A stretch of DNA of 64,000 bases, taken from the NCBI GenBank assembly GCA_002269645.1, contig NIVC01001558.1, forward strand, positions 186,001 through 250,000, given 5' to 3'. A model generated the notes under the pieces. The model searched no databases. It saw nothing but the letters and a program-made list of their open reading frames with translations, and was not told the origin of the DNA. A program made the translations under genes and the position numbers. Of this stretch, positions 12,201-33,449 are shown in pieces; the stretch's first letter is position 1; every line of letters starts with the position of its first letter. Source of the stretch: Macrostomum lignano. Its lineage: Eukaryota.

Positions 12201-14394
12201 AGCTCGTATGAAAACTACTAGGCCAACTACGAGTAAATTGTCGCTAATGCAACACCAGCGTGATCAGGATCGTGTATGGATGCCAGACGGAGAAATTAAA
12301 AAAAGACAACTGATTTTAGATGTAGCACTTACAGTGTGGCCTCGGTGACTGCTTTTGTGGAAAAGCAAATATTTCTCAATGAAGCTACCTTTTTGCGCTT
12401 CAGTCCGGGCTTGAATCTCTTCTGTTGCACCGATTGCTAGCCTTGGCTGCCAGTATGTAATAAGAAGGCATGCTTTGTTAGGTAGAAACGCTAGGATAAT
12501 TGCCGACCAATGGCAGGAGATCTTGTCCGGTACCGCAGTGTGCAGGCCTGACCCTGCTGCTGAGTGTTTCATAGTAACAGCCAACCTGTAGTTGTAGTCG
12601 CTATCAAAACTGCTTCGTTCTTAGAATTGTTTAATTAGGGCACCAAGCTAAACTCGGTGGACTTTGGTAAAAAAAGGTTTTCTGCCCTGGCTTTGTGCTT
12701 GCAATTCAACAAGTTGAACTTGTTGTTTTGACTTTATTTGGAAAAAAAGCACATAAAACAAGAAAGGCCAGAATAGCAATAATATTCAGCTACTGGCTTT
12801 TCTGAAAGACAGTACGACAACAGGAAACGAGGATTATAATTAGGGACGCAACCCTGTGATTACCTGTCCTGCAACTTGTGCGTTACATTTGTAGCATATT
12901 TCCCGAAACCCCCGCCGACCCAAAGCATCGAAAAGAAGCGCTAAGGGCAATGATCAATTATTTACTAAGGTAATTGCAGATCACCGAAACACAACCAGGG
13001 TATATTTGGTCTATTTTGTGACAAAGATGGTCACAACGGTGCCTCATTATTCACGATTTAGACTAGATTGACAGCTAAATAAAGAGTTTATTCGCATCAC
13101 CAAAGATTGCCAGTGTTGAAGACTCAACGAGAGGCCGAAAATGAGAGGCATTACAAAAAAGGCCTCGGAGGAGCCCAGACGGAATGAAGGAAGCGCTCTC
13201 AATCAAAGCCAACTGGATGGGCGGCATTTCACGCTAGTCTGGACACGCGCGCGGCTACAAAACAGTAGGGAGAATGTTTTGCAAGGAATGTGATGCTCGA
13301 ATACAATTCTTGAATAGAAAATGCTCGGTGAAACCCGCGAGACCGCATAGGGGTCCGTCAGTGATGCAGTGGGCGAGATCGCATTCTCAAAGAACACTCC
13401 TTCTCTCTCTATAGCCAGCCTCTTGCGTTGCCACTCACGCGTTAAGATGAGTCGGGGACTGACCAGTCTCGGAGGCGGCATGCTGCTGGCGGTGCCAGAT
13501 GCCTGCAGACTGCGGGAGTAATTGGCTTAGTTACTGCGGGCAAGCTGGCTGGGCAAGACAAGCCAATGGGGTTGTCGCGGGCATGCGAAATTTCCCTTAC
13601 TTTTTTCGTCCCTTTCTTGTCCTATCCCCATGACCCTAGAAGGTCTTCGGTCATCCGTAAGTCAAGTGTCTCAAAGGTGAGGTCGCTGGCAAGCTTCGAG
13701 AGGAGCAGACCGAGAGGACAGGCCCGCAACGATTATACATTGATTTTCCCGGGTGGAGAAACGTGCAAAAGAGTTTAGAAGGGAGCTGAGGCTTGAGCTG
13801 AGATGGACACTCGAGCTGGAGCGGGAGGGAAAAGGAAAAAGACGATTTTGATTGGTAAGGGGCGGCATTGCATTGCTTTGAGGAAGTTGACAGCTCACGG
13901 GCAGGGCGATGAGAAGTCATTAGCACGTCTTTGAGACAGTGACTCGTTCAGGCTTGATTAGGCCTAGCAAGCAATGCTTACCGGTAAAGAAATGGAGAGC
14001 TACCGATGCTTGTTGTAAACCAGACACAAAAATGCTTCTTCGGAAACCTAGCGTGGCCTGCTCTACTCAATCAGAGCATGCTCCCGAGAATGCATAGCGC
14101 TGAATGGGGGGTCGCGCCATAGACAAAATCGGTAGGGAAAAAATAGATTTCTCTACTAGACAGCATACTACAAAGTAAATACACTAGCGAAATGAAAAAA
14201 TATCCGCTGCCTACCGGCCGGCGTCCACCTTATTTTTGAGAAGATCGAACGTAGCGTCTAATCTAGACCAAATCTTTTAAGCATGTTTTTGAAATGTTTA
14301 AAAAAGGAACGAGTAATAGCTCGTAAGAGTCAAGACGTTCTTCATAATTCATAAACAAAATAGTAATAATGATAATAATAAGAATCATAAAATT

Positions 14395-14680
14395 TGATTA
14401 CACCTGACCCAATGGCCAGATGTCCAACCGACAGCTCAGCCGCAGCTATTGCGAGGCGCATCTGAAGGCTGCGTACGGCTGTTCAGTCCAAGGACTGGGG
14501 GGTCGCCACACACTGCCTCAATTTCCCCAGCTAATGCTGGCACCCATTTTACAGCTGGGTGAACTGAAGCAATGCAGAGTCAAGTGTCTGAGTACACAAA
14601 TTGCTCTGAGTAGGTCGAGAATCGATCCCCCAACCTTTCAGTCGTGAGTCCGACGCTACAACCCCCTCGGATACAATCCC
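14395..14680 (-). mobile_element. tRNA-derived CORE-type SINE (family A)
   Basis: The reverse complement carries a tRNA-like head (gcgtcggactcacgactgaaagg, GGATCGATTC), the CORE-like ...ttcagttcacccagctgtaaaatggg, the shared 3' body and a gtgtaatc+AT tail. Confidence 0.8.
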
Positions 14681-15896
14681 TCCGTTAACAACAAGTAAAC
14701 AGACAGATCCTTTGTTGTTTGTTTACCATGCATTGGGGGATTTAGACTGAACTCTCGGAAGCATGCAATCTAAAGAGTTCGCCTCTTTAGTCTGACTGCA
14801 AATAAAATGTTCGGTACCTTTTTTCAATCGGTTTTATGCCGTTATAGTGATACGGGTTTGAAATTAGTAACTAGTAGTTTTATAGTACAAAGTTATCACT
14901 TCGCATAATAGAATAATTGTTTAATATTTTTGTCAATATTTTCTTTTGAAAGCAGCCTCAGAAACCAAATTTGCAATATTGATTCATCTTTCAATATATT
15001 CTTGTGTCCCAAAAGAAGAAGCTGGAATGATTCAGTCTTATCAACTTCTCTGCCAGCTTAATTCCACTCGGCTCTCAGCTGATCCCGGATAGCCAGCTGC
15101 AGTCCCTCTCTCCCCTGCCTTCTAAAGGAGCGCCGGCCAATCCCTTTGTAGCGTATTTGAGTCTAATTTCCCCTCTAGCAGGCCGGTCTCGTCCGTCTTC
15201 TCTGGGAATAAAATTCCAGGGGGATATAAACAAGCAGAAGATGGAGAGCAGCCGCCCGATGAGAGCCGGTCTCGGCTGCTCAACCAGTCTGCCAGCCTCC
15301 CTGATGAAGGGATCAAGGGCTATAACTTGTAATCTGAGTTTATCGCCCAGAATCATCTGCGTCCTGCGCTTCTCACTGCGGCTCATCCGCTCACCCCGAG
15401 GCCAGATTGATAAGGCCGGCCGATGTCTGCTGTTGAGAACCAAACAGCTCAGCAAAGGCTGCCTGTCATTACTCTGGAACACTTCAATGAATGGCTCCGT
15501 CCCATGCTTTGGTCCAAGATATTTTTTGTAAAAATCAAGTCTGTTGCAGAGTTTAAACAAATTCAAGTACTTTTAAGTAGTATGAGCATGCTAGACCATT
15601 AACTTCGGGGAAAGACAAGGAAAAAGTTCGAATTTCTGACAAGCAAGCAGAAGGTTGGACGCCCAAACTTGCAATTAACAGCTGCAGAGTTTTGTGAGAG
15701 ACGACTTTGCATGGATACAGTGAACCTTCAGTTGACTACGTACAGCGGTAGACCTTCGAATCAGCAGAAGAAGTGTTCTGTTATCATCAGTGTCAGACTA
15801 ATCCTCTATATTCTTGTCTCTAAGACGACTTTCTCAGCGAGTCTATGGCCCAACCTGTCTTTGTTCTCAGGCTTTTATAACCTGGGATGTCAGGAT

Positions 15897-16605
15897 GGTC
15901 TATGGCTAACTGTGGTCTAGATAACTGTAGTCTATGGCTAACTGTGGTCTAAATAACTGTAGTCTATGGCTAACTGTGGTCTAGATAACTGTAGTCTATG
16001 GCTAACTGTGGTCTAAATAACTGTAGTCTATGGCTAACTGTGGTCTAGATAACTGTAGTATATGCCTAACTGTTGTCTAAATAACTGTAGTCTATGGCTA
16101 ACTGTGGTCTAAATAATGTAGTCTATGGCTAACTGTGGTCTAAATAACTGTAGTCTATGGCTAACTGTGGTCTAAATAACTGTAGTCTATGGCTAACTGT
16201 GGTCTAAATAATGTAGTCCATGCCTAACTGTGGTCTAAATAATGTAGTCTATGACTAACTGTGGTCTAAATAACTGTAGTCTATGGCTAACTGTGGTCTA
16301 AATAACTGTAGTCTATGGCTAACTGTGGTCTAAATAATGTAGTCCATGGCTAACTGTGGTCTAAATAATGTAGTCTATGGCTAACTGTGGTCTAAATAAT
16401 GTAGTCTATGGCTAACTGTGGTCTAAATAACTGTAGTCTATGCCTAACTGTTGTCTAAATAACTGTAGTCTATGGCTAACTGTGGTCTAAATAACTGTAG
16501 TCTATGCCTAACAGTTGTCTAAATAATGTCGTCTATGCCTAACTGTTGTCTGAATAACTGTAGTCTATGGCTAACTGTGGTGTAAATAACTGTAGTCTAT
16601 GGCTA
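15897..16605. repeat. 31-32-bp minisatellite (gtctatggctaactgtggtctaaataactgta), about 22 units
   Basis: Direct tandem repeat. Confidence 0.95.
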
Positions 16606-17825
16606 AACCCTACTTGCCTTATTCTCTTTTTCTGACTTTCGCTTCTCTGCTTCCTTAGTATTTCTAGTATTTTTTTTGAAAAATAATGCTTGCTGTGCGC
16701 ACAGTTGCTGCTATGTGTTCTACTTGGGAAAGTAGTGCCTAGCGTGTCAGTAAGTATCGAAAATATAATGCTCCAGACGAACACTACCGGTAACGAACAC
16801 AATTTAATGCTATTTAAAGTGCATATTATTATATTTGTGTACACGGAAAGGAGCTAATTGCTGGAGTTACATGGACTAAATTTCGTGCCAAATCTGACCT
16901 CAATAGGGTCAGCCCCAAAACCGAGAGCAGCTTGTTACAGAAAATAAAATTACACAACAAATAAACACAAAAAAGCAAAAAGTGAGCGAATTACAGATAA
17001 CAATGCCAATAATGACGCTGGAAGAGCAGCAAGCAGCCATATTGACCTGCCTCGCCTTCTAAACAAAGAATGAAAACGTGAAAGTTGAATATAGCGACAG
17101 GTTTATCCATATAAACGCATCAAAATGCAGCGCCGTATCTCCATTTGGATAGAATTGTGTGCTCGACGCTGATACACTATAGGCGTGCTTGGGAATAATG
17201 CTTTGTGCGCATGGGTGCTTGGTCTTGCCGGATTCATTTCCATAAAATAAGCGGGTACGAAAATAGGGCAAAAATATCCTGCTGATATGTGTAGCCAAGT
17301 GGGTAAGGAGCACAGGTAACGGAAACGAATATTTCCTATCTTGCTGGGATGCAAAATATGGAGTTGCATTTTCACACTGCTTGATTTAGCTTGCTGTTTC
17401 GGGGGTCGCTTACCGCAAAGCAATTTAGTGACAAATAAAAATAGATCATTTAGTCTGTCTACGAGCTATAATCAGAACTATTACACTTCACAATCACCAT
17501 AATTTTGGCTAAGATAACTATATCTAAGCCTTTTTGAATCGCTTATACATTAATAACTTGCATCGTACTGTCTTGCAAGTAAAACACAGAAAGCACGAGA
17601 CACATTGAATTGCGCATCTAGACTGAAAGATTGAACGAGTAGACATTTGTGCGGGATTGATGGTAATTGATATTGTTAGTAGTATAATGCGGATTTCAAA
17701 CTCCAGAGAAGGTAGGGGGTCCGGACTGTATAAACAACGAATGGTGACGAGCGGAAAACTACTTTAGTCTGTTCGTATTTTTACAGCTCACTATCCGCGC
17801 AGTGACTGTCCAGCACGGCTGTCCC

Positions 17826-20503
<2,678 letters not shown>

Positions 20504-20589
20504 GCCGTTTCTGGGGCAATTCACAGGGTGCACCTGCGGGAAAGACGGGAAAGTGTGCGAGTGTAATGTTATAAGAATAGAAATTTTTA

Positions 20590-20955
20590 TTACAGGTAGA
20601 GACATTGGGGGCTGTGTGCACCCTGGCGCACTTTAAGCGACATTGTCACACAACCGGCGAGAGGCATTACTGCCCATTCCGCCGACTTCCCTGAGCAGGC
20701 ACACAAGCGCGCGGATACGTACGCAGTCATACGCACAGGCACTCACACAGGAGTGTACAGCGGCCCTAGCTTTATTTATCGTTAGGCATGTACACTTCAC
20801 TGTGCCTTGTGGGCTGGCTCTCAAGGGTGTTAATTGCACGAGCAGAGCCAAGCCGAGATTCCAATTCAGCACCAAAGTTAATGTGACTGCACTGGGAATC
20901 GAGCCTGGGCCGCTGGCAAATCAGAGCGCTGCGCTAGACCACTGGGCTACGGGCT
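20590..20955 (-). mobile_element. tRNA-derived SINE family B, full-length
   Basis: A box TAGCCCAGTGG and B-box-like GGCTCGATTCC on the minus strand, followed by the body shared with five other loci. Confidence 0.8.
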
Positions 20956-23261
20956 AAGAATACTCGTAGAAGCATTCCCAAATTAAAATCGAAGTACGCT
21001 CGTACTTAGTTGCCCTCAATTAAGTAATTAAACAAGGAATCGACCAGCATTTTATCAAAGCATTTCGCATTTCCTGAGTTGATTTCTTAAATAGGATCAG
21101 ATCCCTAGGGTTTACAGTCGAGGGACGAGGAAGGAAAATCAGCTGGATTGTTTCAAAGCAACTGGAAAGAGAGTCGGGTTGGGGGAGAAAAATAGGAAGG
21201 AGAAGATCGAGGGCAAAGGCCGGCCATTCTGTGCAGCTCTCAGACGGCATGGCTTTATTCTGAAGCCGGAGCCTTCCTGGAAGCAGTGGGGTGGAAACGG
21301 CTGGAATTGAGGGGGGCGGCTTTCCTGTGAAATGACTTCGGCCGCCTCTTCACTGCACCTCTCAGCTTGTCCTTTTCTCCCGCTCTCCACTCTTTCTACT
21401 TTCATTTTCTCTGCTCTCCATCTCTCTCCCTTCTTCTATCATCCGCAGAAGAAGCTGGGCATGGACCGAGAGCATTCTTGAGTCGCCTCTCTCCCCTTCT
21501 CCCTCTACTCCTTTCTCTTCTTTGCCTGACCCCCTTTGAAATTCCCGCTAATCCTGGCTGCACTGCTGCACTCTGGCCTGTCAGGCACACAGCCGCTGCG
21601 CACTCGCTAAGAATTTTGTAATGGATGGGAGAAAAAGCATCGGGCTGAACGGCAATTTTTTCTCTCACGCTTTGCTATTCGAATGGCGTGGCGCCTGAGA
21701 TGGATGGATAAGACCGCGGCTCGAGTGCGCATTGATTTCTATCGTGCTCAGCTGCGCAGGCCGCGGCGGCTTGCTGAGCCAAACAGGGAACTCACCGGGT
21801 CGAGCGAGTCGAGAGGTGAAGCAAAGGAGGGAAGTTAAGGGGAGGGGGCACTTGGCTAATCTCCGAGCCACCTGAGGCTGATTGAGTTAGGAAGGAAGCA
21901 GCGAGGTCAAAGGCGACTGCAGCGGATTAGCGAGTCCCTTGGGGAGCCTTTTTAATTTTGAGAAAGCTTTGGCTTTGACAAATTGGCACTAAGACACTCA
22001 AATCTGCTTCTCTGCAGCTGGATGAGAATGCTGTTCGGGTTCAAAATCCCCAGATTAATCAATGATTTCTAGGCACTAAATCACCTGAACTCCAGCATGA
22101 AATCTTTATAAAGCTGCCTTGAATCTTGTAAACTCAAATTTGAATCTCAGCTTGAGATAAGCAGCTTTGACTTTTTTCATCATTTTGTCGATTCAATTTG
22201 CTAAAAGCAATCTATGAGTAGCCACTGCAAAGTTCAGATTGTGTGCTTTGGTTAAACAGATTGCACTGGTTGTGTCAACAATAGCAGGGAAACCCCAGAC
22301 TCATCCGCAGCTAGAGAGGGCACAGCAAACACAACTGCATTAAATGCGACAAAAAGCACACGGTGTCATCAGTACTTGCCTATTTCGATATGCATAACTT
22401 CTGCACTGCCTGTATAGCCTGGAAGTGCAGACAAATGGCACTGAGGGTCGGAAGATGCATGGGATCTGCACACCCCATTGGAATGCCGGCATTCAATGCA
22501 CGCACAAGCATACAGCGAATTGTCCGTTTGCCTAATTCCATACTTTGCGCGAATTATTTTATTCCGTGCGCTGCACAAAGGGGATATTCCCTGATGCGAC
22601 GGAAAGAGATGGAGAAAGGGAGAGGCAGAAAGGAATGGGGAGGACAGATATGCTGGCCCTCCGTTGCCCTCTCTCTAATAACTTCCACTAGGCTGCCCAA
22701 ATGAAAAAGTTAAAAAGTACAGATCCTTGGCATTTCCACGGGCAATTTCCAAAGTCCTTTAGCTATTCTCAATAAAATTAATTGAAAATGGAATTCAATT
22801 CATCCATAGGATTATAATATTATGGTTGATAAAAATTATAGATAGTTTCTGCCTTAGTAACTTGGTTATGATTGCTTCGATCTCACGATAAAGAGCACAA
22901 ACTCTTGGCAGTCTCCTTGAAAAGTATCTAAGTGATTCATTATTTAAAGGCGTCTTTATTAGTGTTCCAAGTTCAGAATTTTTGCTTCGTCTATTAACTG
23001 GGTCAGAAGAAGTCACGCACTGCACACACGCGGGTGTGTTTGCGTTTGTTGGGTTCAAACAACAACGGTTCTGCTGGGTTATGCAGCATTCGTGTGCAGT
23101 TTGGCCTGTAAACTGAAAGTTTGCTCTCTGCCTCAAAACTGATGGTCTGTCTTTTCCATTTGAAGCTCGCTTCTATGGAAGAGATGCAAATAAAGAACGC
23201 TTGTGTCTGTTCCGCGTCGGCAATGGTTTGAATAGCTCTGAGCAGGCTGGATACTCAAAAA

Positions 23262-23708
23262 ACTTCCTTCCTTCCTTCCTTCCTTCCTTCCTTCCTTCCT
23301 TTCTTCCTTCCTTCCTTCCTTCCTTCCCTCCTTCCTTCCTTCCTTCCTTCCTTCCTTCCTTCCTTCCTTCCTTCCTTCCTTCCTTCCTTCCTTCCTTCCT
23401 TCCTTCCTTCCTTCCTTTCTTCCCTCCTTCCTTCCTTTCTTCCTTTTCTCCTTCCTTCCTTCCTTCCTTCCTTCCTTCCTTCCTTCCTTCCTTCCTTCCT
23501 TCCTTCCTTCCTTCCTTCCTTCCTTCCTTCCTTCCTTCCTTCCTTTCTTCCTTCCTTCCTTCCTTCCTTCCTTTCTTCCTTCCTTCCTTCCTTCCTTCCT
23601 TCCTTCCTTCCTTCCTTCCTTCCTTCCTTCCTTCCTTCCTTCCTTCCTTCCTTCCTTCCTTCCTTCCTTCCTTCCTTCCTTCCTTCCTTCCTTCCTTCCT
23701 TCCTTCCA
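23262..23708. repeat. (CCTT)n microsatellite, about 110 units
   Basis: Direct reading. Confidence 0.97.
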
Positions 23709-24505
23709 TCCACAATCAAGTTAGCTTAGCAATCAGTTGCAGTCCTGCGCCTTCACGCTATCCTGAGGTGAATATCCCGCAAGTACGTCTCATTTGCGGC
23801 CTTTCTAGGTGACTTCAAAGAAAAAGAAGAAGACTCAAGGAGAAACCAAGCAGAATGCAAGAAAAATGAAATCGTCGAAGAGAGGCTGTCATTCTGAATT
23901 AGTGGTTGTCATGATTGAAGTGGCCATTATATTTGTGCGCAGGACCAGAGCCAATGCAGTCAGCCTCAAGAGTAGAGCTTTGCTGCAATGTTCTGCAAAA
24001 GCAATAGTCAACACAGTCAAGTCAGAGTCATCGTTTTTCTTAGCTCATCTTCGGGCATCTGCTCAGCTGGCAAAAAGCTTATTAATTATTCAGATCATGA
24101 GCTGGGCCGCCGAGTAGCGAAAAAGATGGAGCAACGAACTCTAAATAAAACCGAATTTCATCAACGCATCGCTTTGCTGTTTTTCCTTATCTGGGGCTTA
24201 TGGATCTCGAGCGGCAGAAATAGCGAATTAATTAGAGTCGGACTATGTAGGTCTTTACTCGTAAACTGCCTCCCGGGGCTGACTGCTCAAGCAGAACTGA
24301 TGAAGCTGCATTGCCGAGCTTGAAATTAACTTATATATCTGTGATAGATTGGTTGGACTTAGCAAACTAAATCTATACGAAATCTCGCATGAGACGGAGG
24401 TTGGGAGAAACGTACAGGAGAAGAACAGTAATTAATACTGACAGGGTGACTTTAACTGTGAGGAGTGTTAATGTTAAGCCAAATCAAGCAAACCATGCTG
24501 TAAAG

Positions 24506-25104
24506 CAGGTGTCGGTAAACTGCGGCCCTCGGGTCCTTTGAAACTTCACAATAGCAGTGCGGGCCCGATCAAGGTTCGAGTCTCTTCTCAGATCTCTTCT
24601 CTTTAATCACCTCTCTCCTTATCATCTCTCCTCTCTCTGCTCTCCTCTCTCCTCTCTCTGCTCTCCTCTCTCATCTCTTATCTCTCATCTCTCCTCTTTC
24701 TTCTCTTTAATCTCCTCTCTCATCACTCATCTCTCCTCTCTCCTCTCTCCTCTCTCCTCTCTCCTCTCTCCTCTCTCCTCTCTCTTCTCTTTAAACTCCT
24801 CTCTCCTCTCTGCTCTCTCTTCTCTCCTCTCTCCTTTCTCCTCTCTCTTCTCTCTTCTCTCCTCTCTCCTCTCTTGTCTCTCGTTTCTCTTCTCTCCTCT
24901 TTCCTCTCTCCTCTCTCCTCTTCTCTTCTCTCCTCTCTCCTTTCCTATTTAATCTCTCCTCTATTCTCTTTTATTCCCCGTCCTCTCCCTTCTTTTTTCT
25001 TTCTTCTCTCTTCTCTATTCCTTCTCCTCTCTTCCCTCCTCTGGCCCGCAGTCATGCACTAGGTTCTCTATCTGGCCTTTGAGGGTAAAAAGAGCCGACC
25101 TCTG
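24506..25104 (+). mobile_element. Non-autonomous hAT-type element (MITE) with a TC-rich interior
   Basis: TIRs CAGGTGTCGGT / reverse complement CAGAGGTCGGC. Perfect 8-bp TSD CTGTAAAG at 24498-24505 and 25105-25112. Confidence 0.85.
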
Positions 25105-26856
25105 CTGTAAAGTATAAAGTAAAAAAACTGATTGCGAATTCACTATTGCAGGAATAGTGACAACTGCGGTGTTATGAATGGTAATCCCAATAAAACCAAC
25201 ATAGTTGTTCATATCGCTTCTGCCACTGTGCTGCAGTTGCTAGGAGCACTTTTAGTTCAAGCAATGCTTGAAAAAAGCAGATAGACACGCTTGAAGGGCG
25301 AATTAGCTAAATCCCTACTGACCAGTGGCTGGAGGCTGCCGTAGATTGGCACGGGACACAGGAAACCTGCCTGCCCTGCTGCATGCGGAAATTCTCGCAC
25401 AACAGAGTCAGTCATTCATTATTGCTCTAAGCTCAACAAACTTTGCTTTTCTTATTTCCCAAAAATAACTTTACGACACACAGGCTGCTTTGCAAGCCCG
25501 GAAATTGATTGCAGTGATGCGATCTGTCTCAGAATGAGCTTCTTCTATGCTATTCCATCTCCGCTATCCGCGTGTTCAGTCAAGAAGCAGAAAAGAAAGA
25601 CGTTGAAGCGAATGATTTGCCTGTCATCCCATATGCAAAAGGTCACTTCGGAGAGGGCGAGATTACACGGACCTTGAACGAAGTAATTAGCTTGGGGAAA
25701 AAACGCGAATCGAGCTGTCGTTTTTTGCCGCAGTATTTCGACCTCCTGCAGACTGAGCTCAGCCTGTTTTGCTGGGAAAATCTAACTTAGGAAGCAGGTC
25801 AGCAGAGCTAGTCGGATGAGTTTGAGAGACACACGCAAAAAAGTTTTGAAGAAGCTATTAGGAAGCGTCAATCATTTCTAAAACGCTCTTCAGTGTTCGG
25901 GTGTACAGAGCTCTTGTTTTCTTCAGAACTGGTTTACATGATAGAAAGTGTCATTATTCTCATATTTTTCATTAGCAACAAAAAATTGCCACGACAACTA
26001 CGAGGCAATGTTGTCAGAAATTGAATCAGGAATCTGTGAGACGTTTTTTCGCGCGCTGCCGTCCAAAATCAAACAGCAGAAATTGAATTCCAAGACAATG
26101 AATGAGCAAGTAGGTCTTCATTGGGTCACACAATCGATGAGTAGAGTGGAGTAGACTTTGAGCGTGACTGAAGCTAAGACACTGCCTACTCTCGGAAGCC
26201 TTTCGCTTCGATGGGCCTCTCCAGATATCCCTCCACATCTATGCGCCTGTTTAGGAGTTCCAAATCGATTTCCATTCGTGTCCACATGCCACTGCCACCT
26301 CTATGCTTTACCACAGATGGGGAACAGCAAGGCTCCCAAATCCTCATCCAAACGAGTCCTGGCCTAAATGCGGCTGAGTTCTGCTGCAAGAGAAAGAAAC
26401 TTCGAATAAACTATAGAGCGGAAATTGGCAAGCAACTTTTTCAGCACTGCCTCTTTACCCTCTCTACCTTAGTCGTAGTCAGGATAGACAACTATTCTGT
26501 GAAGCATATGGCCAAGCCAATAGAGTTTTGGAGTCATTTCGAACAGAAGCAATGCGAGCGCAGATGCTTGAGAACATAGCGGGATCAAAGTAAGAGAGCT
26601 CAACTGTAGCACAGCCAGTCTTCGATCGATAATAGACAAGATAGAGCATTAATGAGCATAGTGGATGGCTCTTGCGATAGTAGACTTACTAGCTGAGAGA
26701 GTTCTTCCTGTGTTCCTACCTAGCTCGTATTCATGCCTCAGTAGCCTTGGGGTACGAGAATAGGGACAAACTGTATCGTATTATAGAAAGGAAATTGCTG
26801 GAAGGTAGAACGAATGAATGTGGAGAAAAATCATTATAGCAAATTGAGAATCATAA

Positions 26857-31633
<4,777 letters not shown>

Positions 31634-33342
31634 TCCTTGTGCTCTTTTACCTTGGGGTTGCGATAGGGGCCTCGCGGCCTATTCGCGGCGCCTGCGCCCC
31701 CCGTCAGTAGTAAGTAAGTAACCACCAAAATTGTTGGCTTAAGCTAAAACGGCTATGCATGTGATATACATACGGCTTCCGAAATTAATCAGGGATGCCT
31801 TGTCTGAAACATGATGCGACACAGGGACTTGATCAGAGCTCACTTCTCTGCACTTTTCATCCCCCCAATCCCCTGCTCATAAGACTGGCTAAAAATTGAA
31901 TTTCATCCCGAAATCCAGGGAGAAAGACCTCAAAGGAGACCCGCAAGGAGCTCCCTGGAGGAACGACAGGTCTTCCTTCATGCATGTAGGTTGCTGATAG
32001 AAAATCATAAGCGAAGGATATTGCTATTCGCACACGATGATTTCGATTTGCGAGTATTTGTGTAAATTTTATACCAAACGACCGTGAGATGAACGGGAAA
32101 AGCTTGGTGAAGCTGGAATAGAAATGCTTGAGCATGATCATAATGGCTACGAAAGCTTGACTCCAGGTGGATTATTTTCCATGAACTATCCGGCCAATTT
32201 CGCCCCAATGTTAGCAGATTTCATGCACAAAAGCTTGACAGAATGACTCGCCATTCGCCATTTGACACTGGTGCCACACCAGCTGGCAGAGTAGAGCGAC
32301 AGGGTTGGGGCACAATTTGCTACAGAAATTTGCCAACCTGAATTGTGCAGTCTTCCTCGCTGATGTGCGTGAGCCTCTGGCAGACAACTTTGCCGGGATA
32401 GCAGTCGGTACTGAGGCCCTCGGCTTGCAGATCTGCAGCCCAAGCTTTAGGCCAGGACCAGAAGCATGTCATGGGACAGAGGCCAGTAAGCCTAAAATAG
32501 AAATCGCGTATGGGAGAAGACTCCGCGCCACCCAGTCTGAGTAGGAATCCCCGCCGCTCTTTTAATTTGCACACTTGCCAAGGAAGAGAAGTGGCTTAGT
32601 GGGGACCGCACTGCGTCGGAAGGGGGTAGCGCTACTGCTCACTTTAAAGCAAAATTGAGCCGGGGTAGGCGGCCCCTGGCGAGGAAGGAGGTGCCGTGGA
32701 AAGAAGGACAGAGCCGCGGCACTCCCGTTCGTCCGTTAGAGGTGCCCCGAAGCCTTTGCCTACCCGGCCTGCGGGAGACAAGGATTGGACAAGGAGGAGG
32801 AGTTGAAGGCCGATAAAGAGTAGGAAGAGAAGGTTGGTGAAAATATACAGTGCAATGCTCCCTTCCTATCACTCTTCGTCTCTTTCTCCCCTTGCATTCT
32901 CTCCCCTCCTCTCTCCAGATAGTGCACAGGATTGCAGAGGCAAGGGAAGAAAAAGTGGGAAGGAGGGATTTGAGAAAAACACGGTTTGAGTTGAGCCGAT
33001 GCATAGGCCGGAGGCGCTTTGGGAGAAATAATTAGAAATGGAGGAGAGAAAAAATTGAAGGCTGCATCTGGTTTAGCGGATCTATTGTTTCCTAGTGTCC
33101 TGTTGCCACTCAGTTTTGTGATTAAATTCCTGTCAGTTCAAGCTATTTCACAATCCTGAAATCCTGAATTATGATTGATTAGAAAGGCAGTGAGTTTGAA
33201 TTCTACTAGAAAACAGGGGCATTATTTACTTAGCTTAGCATGAAACCACGTGCTCAACCTTTAGCAAGCACTCAGGAACACAGGTTCAATACACCCCTGG
33301 ATGGGCCACTACTGCCCATACTGCCCAGTGGGCCACTACTAC

Positions 33343-33449
33343 CGCAGCGCGAAAACCCCCGGGGGTTCAGACCATAGACTATAGCTTCTGCTGCTCTCAA
33401 GCATTAGCAGCAGCAGCTGGTGTCTGTGGCCCAAACCCCGGGGTTTTCG
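33343..33449. mobile_element. Palindromic mini-element (MITE-like hairpin), copy 1
   Basis: Arms of about 50 bp around the loop ctcaagcatt. A second copy lies inverted at 53931-54042. Confidence 0.65.

Noticed and set aside
20640-20690. gcctctcgccgg (minus strand) in SINE B resembling an HDV ribozyme P3/L3
   Set aside because: No G-initiated P1 and no GG for P1.1.
24295-24345. CTGATGA...GAAA hammerhead-like core
   Set aside because: Stem II is out of register with the core and no stem III or cleavage triplet forms.
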